This document shows positions 36,101-46,397 of a stretch of DNA of 64,000 bases, piece by piece. Origin of the DNA: a virus (lineage: Duplodnaviria > Heunggongvirae > Uroviricota > Caudoviricetes); IMG/VR virus record IMGVR_UViG_3300001688_000696; one strand, 5' to 3'. The translations under genes were made by a program, and so were the position numbers. A model generated the notes under the pieces. It saw only the letters and a program-made list of their open reading frames with translations. It ran no database searches and was not told the origin of the DNA. Position 1 is the first letter of the stretch; each line of letters opens with the position of its first letter.

Positions 36101-36258
36101 AATTGTGTCTCCTTGGGAAGATAATAGCTCTTTCTGATAGACGAAACGACGAGATTAAAAAGCAAAATTGCATAACACTTGAATTGACGACTGGACAATT
36201 AAACGAAATGCCCTTCCATTGCGTCTTAAATAAACATCCTATTTTTTGAGGGACAAAG

Positions 36259-37326
36259 ATGAAGCCAAAGTATCCATTTTTTGTTGTTTCAATTTTGCTT
36301 ATCGTGTCTTTGCTGGTCTCCGGCTGTTCGCTTTTTTCAACCCCGACCGATGAATCTTCGCCGGAAGGGGAGTCTCCCATTGAAGAACCTGTTCCAACCG
36401 ACCCGGTGGATGAGCTTCCGTCCCCCGAGCCGACGCAACCCGAAATAATTATTCCTACTCGTATGCCAACTCTGCCGCCAACACCGACTACTGAAGTGGT
36501 CGTAGAACCGACAGAAGAAATTATCATCCCGGAAGTCCCCTCGGATGAGATTTCCGAACCGGTTGATGAACCAGTAGAAGAACCGGCAGAAGAAACGCCT
36601 GCTGTACATCCAACGGAAGGACAAGAAGAAGCGCCCGCTGATACACCGGAAGATGTCCCGGTCGAAACCCCGCCAGAGCCATCGGAACCGGCTGGGAACT
36701 CAACTACTCCACCTGAACAACCAGTTCAAAGCCCGATTTATATCAATATCCACCGAGCTGCGATGGATTCGGGTTATGCGACAATCATGGGCGAGGCGGT
36801 CAACAACCTACAGGTGGACTTGATGAATTTTGTCCTGCATATCAAATTCAAGGATAAAAACAACAACGTGGTCTATGAACATGACTATGGCCTCCCGCTA
36901 CAGGTGCTTCCGGCGAACACTGCGCTGGCTTTCCAGATAGATGAACCGCTGACTCATCTCAAAAATCAGGAATTCGTATCCTACGAATATGATTTCACCT
37001 ACAAAGTATCGAATATCGAGAAATACCCGCTGCTGGAAGTCACCTACGAAAAGCCATACGTGAACGACCAGAATCGCTATGTGCTGGACATGCACGCCAA
37101 GAACAAGGGCGATAAGGTCTGCAAGGCGGCGAATATTGTGGTTGCTTTTTACGGCGAAGCGGGCAACCTGCGCAACGTCCAGATAAAAGAGTTCGATAAC
37201 ATTCTGAACGGCAAAAAGGTTGACTTCACCGTCACCACCAGCAAGGGCGACAAAGTGAGCCAGTTCGCTATCTGGTCGGAATGCGAACAGATACTACCAG
37301 GCGTGGACGTAGGAAAGGAAAAATAA
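36259..37326 (+). CDS. lipoprotein (LVSGC) with P/E/T-rich linker, hypothetical
   Basis: Signal + lipobox. RBS gaggga. Confidence 0.75.
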   Translation: MKPKYPFFVVSILLIVSLLVSGCSLFSTPTDESSPEGESPIEEPVPTDPVDELPSPEPTQPEIIIPTRMPTLPPTPTTEVVVEPTEEIIIPEVPSDEISEPVDEPVEEPAEETPAVHPTEGQEEAPADTPEDVPVETPPEPSEPAGNSTTPPEQPVQSPIYINIHRAAMDSGYATIMGEAVNNLQVDLMNFVLHIKFKDKNNNVVYEHDYGLPLQVLPANTALAFQIDEPLTHLKNQEFVSYEYDFTYKVSNIEKYPLLEVTYEKPYVNDQNRYVLDMHAKNKGDKVCKAANIVVAFYGEAGNLRNVQIKEFDNILNGKKVDFTVTTSKGDKVSQFAIWSECEQILPGVDVGKEK

Positions 37327-37506
37327 CCGTCCAACCTCACTACATCAAAAAACCCCGGAGACTCACCGGGGCTTTTTGATGTTAGAAACTATTTTAGTGG
37401 ACTGCATATACACAGTTTGTTAGGCAGAGCCAAAACGGATGATGATGTTCTGTTACCACAAACATTTTCCTATAATATATATAACACTTTCTTTTGTTGG
37501 GGAAAA

Positions 37507-38289
37507 ATGAAAACTACACGTCTCACTTTGTCTGATTTAAACGAACTTGTTGAGTCGAACACTCCTCTTTGGAGCTTCGATGTCAAGCCGCTGTTAGGGC
37601 TGGACTGCATGTGGCTGAGTTTGCTGCAAAATAATGGGGAAGCAATTTATGCCGTCAATATCCCGCTTATCGAACCGGTGACAAATCGACCATATGACCC
37701 GAATGAGGTGGGGAGGTGGTTGGATGAAAGTTGCTACGCCAACAATCTGGTCAGATGGAGTCTGGATTCGGTTCAGAACGCGAAACTACCTCTACCTGAA
37801 AACCTGCTGTTCCCGCTGGAAGTTCCAGCAGAGCAGCAGGCGAATTTCGCCGCCACCCGGTTAGAATTTGTCTCCTCGCCGGTTGAGGACGGGTACGACC
37901 TTTCCGCCTACGAAAAACCAGGAGACGATTTCGAGGAAGAAACTTTTTCCATCGTAGTCGCTCCGCAGAGCCTTCAGTTCGCAGAACGGGTCATCCTCAC
38001 GGAGCATGTCGAACTTGAATCCAAAGTGATGCAATTTTTCGAAATGTTTGACTTGACCCGGATGACCGAAATGACCGCTCGCATTGAGTCAACTTTTTTA
38101 GCTTACAGGCGGCTGGAATCAGGTTATGAAATCGCCCTGTACGCCACGCCTGAAAATGGGGCGTATGTCGTCACAAGCGATGATGACTGGACGCCGGCCG
38201 AGGAGTTCCTGAACACCGCCGAGCATTCGAATTTATCGGATAAAGACATCGAATGGCTGAAAATCCGTTGGAAAGAAGCTCAGAATTAA
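37507..38289 (+). CDS. hypothetical acidic protein (260 aa)
   Basis: ATG 37507 with RBS gggga. Terminator follows. Confidence 0.6.
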   Translation: MKTTRLTLSDLNELVESNTPLWSFDVKPLLGLDCMWLSLLQNNGEAIYAVNIPLIEPVTNRPYDPNEVGRWLDESCYANNLVRWSLDSVQNAKLPLPENLLFPLEVPAEQQANFAATRLEFVSSPVEDGYDLSAYEKPGDDFEEETFSIVVAPQSLQFAERVILTEHVELESKVMQFFEMFDLTRMTEMTARIESTFLAYRRLESGYEIALYATPENGAYVVTSDDDWTPAEEFLNTAEHSNLSDKDIEWLKIRWKEAQN

Positions 38290-38304
38290 TTTCCCGCAGC
38301 ATCA

Positions 38305-38332
38305 AAAAAGCACCTTCGTGGTGCTTTTTTGA
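38305..38332. terminator. bidirectional intrinsic terminator
   Basis: agcacc ttcgt ggtgct + T6. Confidence 0.75.
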
Positions 38333-38341
38333 TTTAAGGAG

Positions 38342-38686
38342 TTAGTAGCTAGAGACTAGCTTCCAACCGACTTTCAAATAGCGTTCCAGATTAGCGGCGT
38401 TCATCAAACAGTAGTAGTCGGGGTTGTGGTTTTCGGTTGGCCGCCCGAACATATTTTGCGCATAGCCATAAACGACATCCCACTCTGCCATAGAAAAATC
38501 CCCGCGCCCCAAATACAGCATAGCGACCAGCTCACATTGTTCGTCGTGAGGCAGGGCGCTCACTGCGTCAACAAACGCCCGAAACTCCGGTGGTAGGTCG
38601 TCGCCTTTCACAGAAATATCCCGCTGGAGTCTGCTGGACAGTTCCAAAATTTTTTCTATCGTTTCTCGCTGAATTTTTATAGACAT
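38342..38686 (-). CDS. hypothetical protein (114 aa)
   Basis: ATG at 38686 with RBS gaggtgg. The track ORF is over-extended to 38875. Confidence 0.55.
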   Translation of the reverse strand: MSIKIQRETIEKILELSSRLQRDISVKGDDLPPEFRAFVDAVSALPHDEQCELVAMLYLGRGDFSMAEWDVVYGYAQNMFGRPTENHNPDYYCLMNAANLERYLKVGWKLVSSY

Positions 38687-38798
38687 AACCACCTCAATTC
38701 TCGGAATATTTTTATGATAGGAACGAAAAGACACCACTTTTGTGAAAAAGCGATAGGAACCGTCTTTTATAAAATAACCAACCGAAAGAGGGGAACTT

Positions 38799-39617
38799 AT
38801 GATTTGCACAGATGACACACAAAAAGTAGAAGATGAAAAAAAGAACAGCGCCGGTTTACCTTGTCTGTTAAACATTACCCGCCAGATAACTCAAAACAGT
38901 ATTTGTGGCCGGGACAGAAGCGGGGAGCTGCGGGAATATAAAAGCGGAATGTGGATTGCCGCCGGCCAGGATAATGAAAAAGGGAATTTTGGCATAGTGC
39001 TGGGCGGCTACATTCATTATTTTGACGAAGAAAATCCTGACCCGAGCGGAAAGAACCGCAAATTTGCTCCAGCAGTTGTTTATCGTTCTTTACAGGGGGA
39101 AGAAAAATTTATCCTGCTTGAAAACATCACCCAACCGGACTGGCGCTATCGCAATCTGGATATTCCGAGCGGTAGGGAAACAATTACAGTGACTATCAAA
39201 GTGGGGGATAAAAGCTATCAAATCCCGATGCCAAAGGTGCAGGTGTTTTTAACCAACGCTTACCTGCGAGACATTTTCGACCGTCTTGAAAATCTGGTTT
39301 GGCTTATCAACGATGTGCAGGAAGGAAAAAGGTTTGATTACCCAAACCAACAAGTTGATATGGAACGGGTGAGCGGGGTCATCAACGGCATTATCCGGGG
39401 CGAAAATGTGGAGGTGGATTTCGACGAGTACAAAATGCTCTATAAGTGTCTGGTTTTGCGGAAAATCCTACTGGTACATCTCGCTTACGGACTTGTGCCA
39501 ATCGGCGAAATCGGGTCTTTATGCTTTGACTATATCAACCGCCAAAAGGAATGGGGAGAACCGGCAGCGGTTGCCCGCTTCCAGGAATGTTTCCTAACCG
39601 TGCCGATACCTTCTTGA
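38799..39617 (+). CDS. hypothetical protein (272 aa)
   Basis: RBS gagggga. Divergent from 38686(-). Confidence 0.65.
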   Translation: MICTDDTQKVEDEKKNSAGLPCLLNITRQITQNSICGRDRSGELREYKSGMWIAAGQDNEKGNFGIVLGGYIHYFDEENPDPSGKNRKFAPAVVYRSLQGEEKFILLENITQPDWRYRNLDIPSGRETITVTIKVGDKSYQIPMPKVQVFLTNAYLRDIFDRLENLVWLINDVQEGKRFDYPNQQVDMERVSGVINGIIRGENVEVDFDEYKMLYKCLVLRKILLVHLAYGLVPIGEIGSLCFDYINRQKEWGEPAAVARFQECFLTVPIPS

Positions 39618-39771
39618 TTTGGGCGGCACAAAATGTTGAGAAAATCGGAGTTATTTACCGATTTATTAAAAAAAGAAATTGCGAAACCGCCTAAAAATAC
39701 CCAAAAATTGAGCGATTTTGACGCCCCTATTCTATTATCTTCATGGAATAACATCATGCCAACATTGACAT

Positions 39772-39842
39772 CCGGGACGGGGAGAGTGTAGGGGCGGCCT
39801 CCCTGTCAGCAAAAACACCTCCGAAGAGGTGTTTTTGTTTTC
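39772..39842 (+). terminator. two tandem hairpins, the second a canonical terminator (acacctc cgaa gaggtgt + T)
   Basis: gacgggga...tccctgtc hairpin, then the terminator at 39811-39842. Confidence 0.5.
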
Positions 39843-39893
39843 AAAAGATATAATAATAAATATATAACAACCTTCAATCAACAGGGAAAAGAC

Positions 39894-40751
39894 ATGGACG
39901 AACCGCGTAAACTCTCCACCTGGATTTCAAACAGAGGGGATGACTTTGTAATAGTCCCGCCGAACAAGGGAACTCTGAATAATGCCAAACTTTATTACGT
40001 TGATTATATTTTGAGAGGTGCGTATCTTGCCAGATGGCTTGCGGCGGCGCTGGGGTTTGAAATAAACCTCGTTTCCACGCCGTGTCTAACCGTATGTGAG
40101 GGAGACCCTGCTACCGGTCGTTATTCATGCACTGATTTGGGCATCCCGCTCATTCGCATCGGAAAGCGGGCGGTAATCGCCAGAAACTACGTTGATTTTT
40201 CAATTGAGTCAAATGACATCCCGCGCGTGACCGGGTGGGACATAACACGGCAGATTCTCCCGGAAGATGGTTCTCTCGCTGATAGATACCTGTTAGTGGG
40301 GGATGATAAATTTTCCAAACCGTGTACTTTCTTCAAGCCTGAAATCGAACTGGCTCGGGCGATTGAGTCTGCGCTTTCACAAAACTGCTGGCAGATTTAC
40401 TGCGAAATTGCCAATCAAATGGCTTCGCAATCGAAGGGAAATGAACTTTCCCACTTCGCTCATATTTATCCCCTTATCCTGAACAGCCTGTCGTTTTTGC
40501 CGACTGGCCTTCAGGTAATGGAACTACCAGACGGAGAAGCCATCATAAGAATTGGTGATTACAAGATGATGCGCATAGAAGATACAAAATCGTCCCCCTA
40601 CGAGTGGCATGTCGTGAAAGAAACAATCGAGGGAACGCAGAAACTCGATGGGCGCTTTGGCGCTTTTCCGAACGTTCACAGTGCTTTTTCCGCTGTGCTG
40701 AAGGATAAGTCGCTGATTTTAATGCGAAAAGCCTACCTGAGCTTGCCTTAG
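39894..40751 (+). CDS. hypothetical protein (285 aa)
   Basis: RBS cagggaaaag. -10 TATAAT at 39849-54. Confidence 0.65.
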   Translation: MDEPRKLSTWISNRGDDFVIVPPNKGTLNNAKLYYVDYILRGAYLARWLAAALGFEINLVSTPCLTVCEGDPATGRYSCTDLGIPLIRIGKRAVIARNYVDFSIESNDIPRVTGWDITRQILPEDGSLADRYLLVGDDKFSKPCTFFKPEIELARAIESALSQNCWQIYCEIANQMASQSKGNELSHFAHIYPLILNSLSFLPTGLQVMELPDGEAIIRIGDYKMMRIEDTKSSPYEWHVVKETIEGTQKLDGRFGAFPNVHSAFSAVLKDKSLILMRKAYLSLP

Positions 40752-40779
40752 CACAGTTTACGCAGCCGGATTGCGCAAT

Positions 40780-40806
40780 AAAAAATCCCCATCTGGGGAT
40801 TTTTTA
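40780..40806. terminator. bidirectional intrinsic terminator
   Basis: aaaaaatcccc atct ggggattttttt. Confidence 0.8.
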
Positions 40807-41556
40807 TTCTTCACCTTCCTTTTCTTCTGGATGCTCGGGAATTCCAAACGGATAGTTGATTTTCCGGGCTTCAAACTCTACCGAGTGCTTTCCAACTAAT
40901 TCATCTATCCATTTAATTTTTTCGTTGTACCAGCGAATGTAATCGGTTTTTCGCTGGTAACGAGGCGCTTCAAACGGGATGAAGCGGTGTCTTCGCCAGT
41001 TGAACAACTCATACAGCCATGGTGGAATCCTATAACGAGCGTAGTAAGAAGTGTCTCCCCCCCTGTACTTGTTGTACAGCTCCACCAGTGCTTGCCGTTT
41101 GGCTTTGTATGCCTGTTCCAGCCGCTCGACTTCCGCCTGCTGTTTGGCTTCCTTCGCCTTTTTCTTCATCTCTGCCAGGCGTTTCTTCATTTTTTCTTCC
41201 GCCTGCTTGAGATTTTCATAAAGAGCAGGGTTGATGCCCTGGAAGTGGTCAATGCAGGTGGAACCGACCTGGTTGGTTGCGCTATCTCTCGGCCGCTTGA
41301 TATAAAAAACATAGCGAATAGAGTGTCCGCAGGCGCATTTCTGTGTTGAATCTTTCCCCGCGTCCACGCATTCGCCAGTATATTCCCACTCAGACGGGTC
41401 TCCAAGCGCCGCAATCAGGTTGCCGATGTAATGCGCTTTGTTCGCCATCCTTTCCAACTTGCGCTCGGTTTTGGAAACAACAGTGTTGTCGGCAACCGTC
41501 CCGCCCTCGATTTCCGTTTCCTTTTTGCAAGTTTCAGTTTTGTCTCGACAGTTCAT
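40804..41556 (-). CDS. hypothetical K/E-rich coiled-coil protein starting MNCRDKT
   Basis: ATG at 41556 with RBS caggagcg. The track start 41616 is over-extended. Confidence 0.6.
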   Translation of the reverse strand: MNCRDKTETCKKETEIEGGTVADNTVVSKTERKLERMANKAHYIGNLIAALGDPSEWEYTGECVDAGKDSTQKCACGHSIRYVFYIKRPRDSATNQVGSTCIDHFQGINPALYENLKQAEEKMKKRLAEMKKKAKEAKQQAEVERLEQAYKAKRQALVELYNKYRGGDTSYYARYRIPPWLYELFNWRRHRFIPFEAPRYQRKTDYIRWYNEKIKWIDELVGKHSVEFEARKINYPFGIPEHPEEKEGEE

Positions 41557-41600
41557 GCTGCGCTCCTGTTTTTTATAGAAAGATGCGCATTGGCAGTATA

Positions 41601-41613
41601 ACTGCGAAATTCG
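41601..41613. promoter_or_regulatory. 13-bp perfect palindrome TGCGAAATTCGCA (candidate operator)
   Basis: Read directly, in the intergenic region upstream of 41556(-). Confidence 0.4.
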
Positions 41614-41618
41614 CACGT

Positions 41619-41978
41619 TTATAGCAAAAATGTACGGTGCTGTTTAATGGACGACCAGTAGTTGAAATAGTGGTCGAACAACCATTCTTCGATAGAAAAT
41701 ATACCGTTGTTCATCTCAAACATGATGTCCTGCGCTTCTTCTACTGGCAACGGGAAGCAAACTGTTTTTAGCCCAGCGATTCTGCTGACCATCACGTAGT
41801 CGATAATGACTTCTACGCCATTCAGGTCGATTTCACCGGGGATAAACGGGCGTAGAAAACAATCCAGTTCGGGATGTTCCCGGAATATCCGCTCGTCATT
41901 TTCTCTGGCTAACTGGCAAACCTGTTCGTCAAAGGCTGGCTGCACCTGCCCATATTCATTATCGAGAGTCGCACACAT
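41619..41978 (-). CDS. hypothetical protein (119 aa)
   Basis: ATG 41978 with RBS ggaggt. Confidence 0.55.
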   Translation of the reverse strand: MCATLDNEYGQVQPAFDEQVCQLARENDERIFREHPELDCFLRPFIPGEIDLNGVEVIIDYVMVSRIAGLKTVCFPLPVEEAQDIMFEMNNGIFSIEEWLFDHYFNYWSSIKQHRTFLL

Positions 41979-42129
41979 GCCTACCTCCACCTGCACAAAG
42001 CTCACTTTTTAATTTATGATGTTAAATGTCAAAGATGTTCAAAAGAGCTGGTCGTTTTGCCAGCCATTTTGTGTTTGGTCACAATATCTATTAACAGAGC
42101 AAGTCTGCCAGTTCGGGCAGTAATTCAGG

Positions 42130-42858
42130 CTACCAATCGTCTCCCTCGCCGTAGTAGCCGTAATCTTCATCTGTTCCCCATCCGATGCTGCGCAGCCCGC
42201 TTTCGTGGTCGCCGTCCATGTAGTCATCGTAGCGCTCGTCCGAGTAGCGTTCCAGCTCGCTGAAGTAGTTCGCATATTCATCAATCACTTCAGCAATATT
42301 GACCGGAATTTCACGATAATCCATGACCTTCGTGCCAAAAATGGCATCATCAATCTCGACGTAATTCATCTCCTGATTGTCTGGGTCAGCGTGCCAGTCA
42401 ATGCTGCTGATGCGATAAAAGTTATCTTCCATTTGCAACACGTAATCATAAGATTCTGTGTGTTTATCCACCGGCATCTTATACAGGGAAAAGTCGTATC
42501 CATTCGACCACAAATTCAAGGACAGATATTCATTTGAGTCAAAGGTCTTCACGCGGTCAGGATTAAGGTAATCAACCATGTGGGCAATTTGCGCCCGCAG
42601 CTTATTGCAAAAATCCAAATCGTCCAGCGGCAGGCTTTCGGCAAAATCTTCGCCAAACTTGTCTGCAAAATATTCTCGCAGGTCGTAGACGGTCACAATA
42701 TCGTTGAGTCCAATGTTGATAGCCTTCGCACGGGCGATTACCAAATCCGCAACCTCGGCCAGAGATTTGCCCGGATTTTGTGCCCCTTGAATCGGAACGT
42801 TTCCGTTTTTGTCCGAAATTTCATTCGGATGCTTTGATTTGTCACTGCATTCCATCAT
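42130..42858 (-). CDS. hypothetical highly acidic protein (243 aa; DEDYGYYGEGDDW tail)
   Basis: ATG 42858 with RBS aggag. Confidence 0.6.
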   Translation of the reverse strand: MMECSDKSKHPNEISDKNGNVPIQGAQNPGKSLAEVADLVIARAKAINIGLNDIVTVYDLREYFADKFGEDFAESLPLDDLDFCNKLRAQIAHMVDYLNPDRVKTFDSNEYLSLNLWSNGYDFSLYKMPVDKHTESYDYVLQMEDNFYRISSIDWHADPDNQEMNYVEIDDAIFGTKVMDYREIPVNIAEVIDEYANYFSELERYSDERYDDYMDGDHESGLRSIGWGTDEDYGYYGEGDDW

Positions 42859-43094
42859 GACATCTCCTAAAAATTCTTTTCTTGATGGACGTTTTCGCTG
42901 CTTATATAATAGGAAATGGAACAAAAAAGGGCGGTCTTAACCTCCCTTCGACTTCAGATACCGGCTGTAATCATTGGCTGGCGTTGGGGTGGTTTTTGGA
43001 ACCGACGCGCCATCTACCGTTGGATATGGAGAACGAGGAACGGTTGATATGATAGCGGTAGCTGTTTGGTGCGATGCCTGAACAATAAGGGGAA

Positions 43095-43126
43095 ACAAAA
43101 AAGCCCGGTTCATCCGGGCTTTTTTG
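43095..43126. terminator. bidirectional intrinsic terminator
   Basis: aaaaaagcccgg ttcat ccgggctttttt. Confidence 0.8.
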
Positions 43127-43131
43127 TTAGT

Positions 43132-44280
43132 TTAGGGAAGCTCGGGCAGGAGCAGGATATGTTCGTATATCGCGTACAAACCGATGTTGTACCAGTCTGG
43201 GTTGACATCTTCGCCCATCAAGAATTGGTAGCCATTCCCACCGATGTTGGGCGTTTCTACTTCATAAGTAATGCGGGAATAACCATCTTTGACGCTCTGA
43301 GGCCACCCGTTGCCCTTATCCGTACGCCCTGTATAAACGTTCCCATCAAGGGAAAAGCCATCATTGATGGTAACAACGAAAGAAACAATTTTCGGAAGCC
43401 CCTGCGTAAACAACTCCTGACACTGTTCATCAGTTTCGATAAGATATTCACCACCGACGAACACCCGGTCATATACGGAAATCGTACCGCAAGTTGTCCA
43501 TGCCTTGTGAGCTTTCTGGTTTACATTGTCAATGTAAACGAACTCGTAGGCATTTGCTTCCTGACCGCCGACTACTACCTTTTTTGACTGTCCTGTAGGA
43601 AGCACTTTAACCGACACGTAGTATTCCTGAGCGGCAGCATATTTTTTAATTGGGCCGAAACTGCCTGTTGACCCCGAATACGCCATAATGGTCATGATAA
43701 TACGGCGGGTGGTTTCGAGGTCGTAGCCTTCCAGCGGGGTGTTGAAAATGTTGGCATCAAAGGGTTCCAGAAGGCTGGATTCGATGTAATAGTCATAATC
43801 GATGATGCCTTCAGGATAGTTGAAGAAGGCAACGTGCCGGTATTCAATGTCGTTGAGAACCTGCGTTTCGGGGTAGGCGATGACCAAAATTGGATACATG
43901 ATATAAGGGTTTGATTCGTAGCCGATAAAACTGCCGCTGTTTGCCCGCAGTTTACCATCCGAAAGCACCGCCAGTGACAGGCGGTAGCGAGTGTTGTCAT
44001 TGATAGCAACCGTCATCAGCTCGCCGCCCTTTTGCATTTCAATAGGCATAACAACTGTGGTCGCCGTAGGAGATGGAACTGCGGTTTCCGTAGGGGCGGT
44101 CGTGGCAGTCGGAGCAGTAGTCGCAGTCTCAGTTGGCGCAGGCAGTTCGGCAACAACCGTTTCCTGAATGGTCACAGGATTTTCGGTAACTTCCACCACC
44201 TGTTCGGTCTGCCCTGATGAACATGCCGAAAGCAGTAGCGCAGCAATCAAAACGACAAAAATCGAAACCTTATTTTTCAT
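43132..44280 (-). CDS. lipoprotein (LSAC) with T/A/P-rich linker, hypothetical
   Basis: Signal + lipobox. Confidence 0.75.
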   Translation of the reverse strand: MKNKVSIFVVLIAALLLSACSSGQTEQVVEVTENPVTIQETVVAELPAPTETATTAPTATTAPTETAVPSPTATTVVMPIEMQKGGELMTVAINDNTRYRLSLAVLSDGKLRANSGSFIGYESNPYIMYPILVIAYPETQVLNDIEYRHVAFFNYPEGIIDYDYYIESSLLEPFDANIFNTPLEGYDLETTRRIIMTIMAYSGSTGSFGPIKKYAAAQEYYVSVKVLPTGQSKKVVVGGQEANAYEFVYIDNVNQKAHKAWTTCGTISVYDRVFVGGEYLIETDEQCQELFTQGLPKIVSFVVTINDGFSLDGNVYTGRTDKGNGWPQSVKDGYSRITYEVETPNIGGNGYQFLMGEDVNPDWYNIGLYAIYEHILLLPELP

Positions 44281-44348
44281 GTGTTATCCTTTCAATTCGG
44301 TATATACTAATTATACCAAATAGTAATTATTTTGTCAATGAACAGCAA

Positions 44349-45044
44349 TTATTGCTGCATCATCGCTTCAGCAATAAACCGCTGGAAAATCGTGAAATCA
44401 ATATAGCCGGAAAAATAGCGGCCGTTGATAATCACGGTTGGCGTTTCATCCCGGTAAAAATGCTGGTTGAAAAGGTCATATTCCAGCCGGACGGTATCCG
44501 CGTAATTGTTCATGCACGCGGTCAGTTCTTCGTCGCTGTACCCTGAATATTCGAGAGCATCTTCTACTGTATCATCACTGGTGTTGGACAGCACTTTGAA
44601 CGCCCAGTTCACATATTTTTCCAGCGATTTGTCATATACACAGCGGCCAGCAAGCGCCGAGTTAAAATTTCCGCTGGCTTCCGGGTTTACCCAATCGTAA
44701 ATCTCGATATACAACTCGTCGCGACTAACGAGAGTAGTTAAAACATTCGCCAACATTTTGCGCGAAGCATCACAGTGGTAATTTAACAGCAAAGCGATTT
44801 GTACCTTGCTGTCTTCGACCCTACCGATTTTGGCGGCCGGCTGGATACCTTTTTCCTTCAATACATCCAGAATATTGGTCTCCGGCAGGTCAGCATAGCG
44901 TGTATTTTCGTCAATTGAAGCGGTAACTACCTGCGCCGATGCGTTTGTCCGCCCGGAATAAATCCAGCCGACCAGAGCGGCAGATGCAATCAGCACAATG
45001 GTCAGCACCCAATTTACAATACGGATAATCGTATTTTTCTCCAT
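44349..45044 (-). CDS. membrane-anchored protein, possibly thioredoxin/DsbA-like fold without CxxC
   Basis: ATG 45044 with RBS aagga. One TM. Fold assignment is a weak guess. Confidence 0.5.
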   Translation of the reverse strand: MEKNTIIRIVNWVLTIVLIASAALVGWIYSGRTNASAQVVTASIDENTRYADLPETNILDVLKEKGIQPAAKIGRVEDSKVQIALLLNYHCDASRKMLANVLTTLVSRDELYIEIYDWVNPEASGNFNSALAGRCVYDKSLEKYVNWAFKVLSNTSDDTVEDALEYSGYSDEELTACMNNYADTVRLEYDLFNQHFYRDETPTVIINGRYFSGYIDFTIFQRFIAEAMMQQ

Positions 45045-45054
45045 GTTTTTTCCT

Positions 45055-46206
45055 TTACTTAAAGCATCTAACCATTTCATCGATGGAAAATTCGTCTGCA
45101 AGTGCGTTCCCGATTATTTCCATCACAAAGCCGTCAATCGGGATAATCATGTATTTGTCGCTGGTCTGCATTCCCTGCACCAGCAGCGGAATTTCGGAAG
45201 TGCCGCCGTTGTCCGCATCCACCAGATATTCAAGCTGGTAAATTATCTGGTTCAGGTCATACCAGCCCTGATACTGAGGGCTGGTGATGCCAAACACCTT
45301 CTGGACATCGTTCAGGTTATCCCAAATGGGCAGCAGTGTTTCCGGGTCTTCGATGTGAAGAACTTGTTTGAATTGCAACACCCGTGGTTGACCTTCAAAA
45401 TCTTTCAGGTCAAATTCCTGCCGTTCGTACTGTTGATTTATAAAGAAACTAATGTGGGCATTGTTATTTGTCGGGTCAGTCGCGCTGAGCGCCAGCCATG
45501 CAGTACGAGGTTGGAACTGAGATGTCAGGTAGCCAACTTTCACCGCTTCAACCGTCATACCATTCGGATAATGAACCGTGCGGGTTTCTCCCAGTGTCAA
45601 AACGGTATAGGTGAGTATGCTGATGCCTTCATATTCATCGTAAGAAACGCTGTTCGGCAGCTTTGTGTAAGCAGACAGGAAAACTGGAAGCTTGCGTCCT
45701 TGATTAAATACACAAGAGTCGAAACGATTATCCGCCAGATATAGCAAGGATGCTCCGTTAATATACCGCTGTTTGCCATCCCAATCCGTTGCAGCAAAAA
45801 ACGGTTCCCAGTCCATCATTTTTGGGCGTTCCCTCGCATCCTTTTCAACCCTGACTAAGGGATAGTTATTGGCCAAAAGGCGAAATTCATCGCGAACATC
45901 AACAGGATAAGGCACTAACTGAACCGCCTTGTCTCCAACCAAAATTTTCGCATGATTAATGTTTACCTCTGCAAATAGCGGGTCAGCTTCAAATATTTCA
46001 CCATTCACCGCCGTTGCTTCCTGTGGTATAGCACCCGGAAAATTAACAACAGGAATATTTCCATCTTGTGATGGAGGTGAAATGACAGCGGTGGTTTCCG
46101 TACTAATAGAACGAAACGCCATGATAGCTAGGCCAATAAAAACACTCACTATCATCAGTGTAGAAATGATAGTAATCAGGATAAACCGGTTGTTTTTATC
46201 ATTCAT
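45055..46206 (-). CDS. membrane-anchored exported protein (383 aa), hypothetical
   Basis: N-terminal TM. Its stop lies 10 nt upstream of the next start (operon). Confidence 0.65.
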   Translation of the reverse strand: MNDKNNRFILITIISTLMIVSVFIGLAIMAFRSISTETTAVISPPSQDGNIPVVNFPGAIPQEATAVNGEIFEADPLFAEVNINHAKILVGDKAVQLVPYPVDVRDEFRLLANNYPLVRVEKDARERPKMMDWEPFFAATDWDGKQRYINGASLLYLADNRFDSCVFNQGRKLPVFLSAYTKLPNSVSYDEYEGISILTYTVLTLGETRTVHYPNGMTVEAVKVGYLTSQFQPRTAWLALSATDPTNNNAHISFFINQQYERQEFDLKDFEGQPRVLQFKQVLHIEDPETLLPIWDNLNDVQKVFGITSPQYQGWYDLNQIIYQLEYLVDADNGGTSEIPLLVQGMQTSDKYMIIPIDGFVMEIIGNALADEFSIDEMVRCFK

Positions 46207-46397
46207 CCAATGCGCTCCTTTTTCAAAACACTTTATTACTATATAGTAGGACGAAAAAGGGGGGGGATTTTACCGTTTAGTCCAAAATTAATCTCCCATT
46301 AAATGAAAATGAAACAAACCAGTTGAATTCGTCTAATAATCGTCATTAAAACGCATATGTTTTTTTGTCAGACATTTTTAGTAGAGAAAGGAATACC

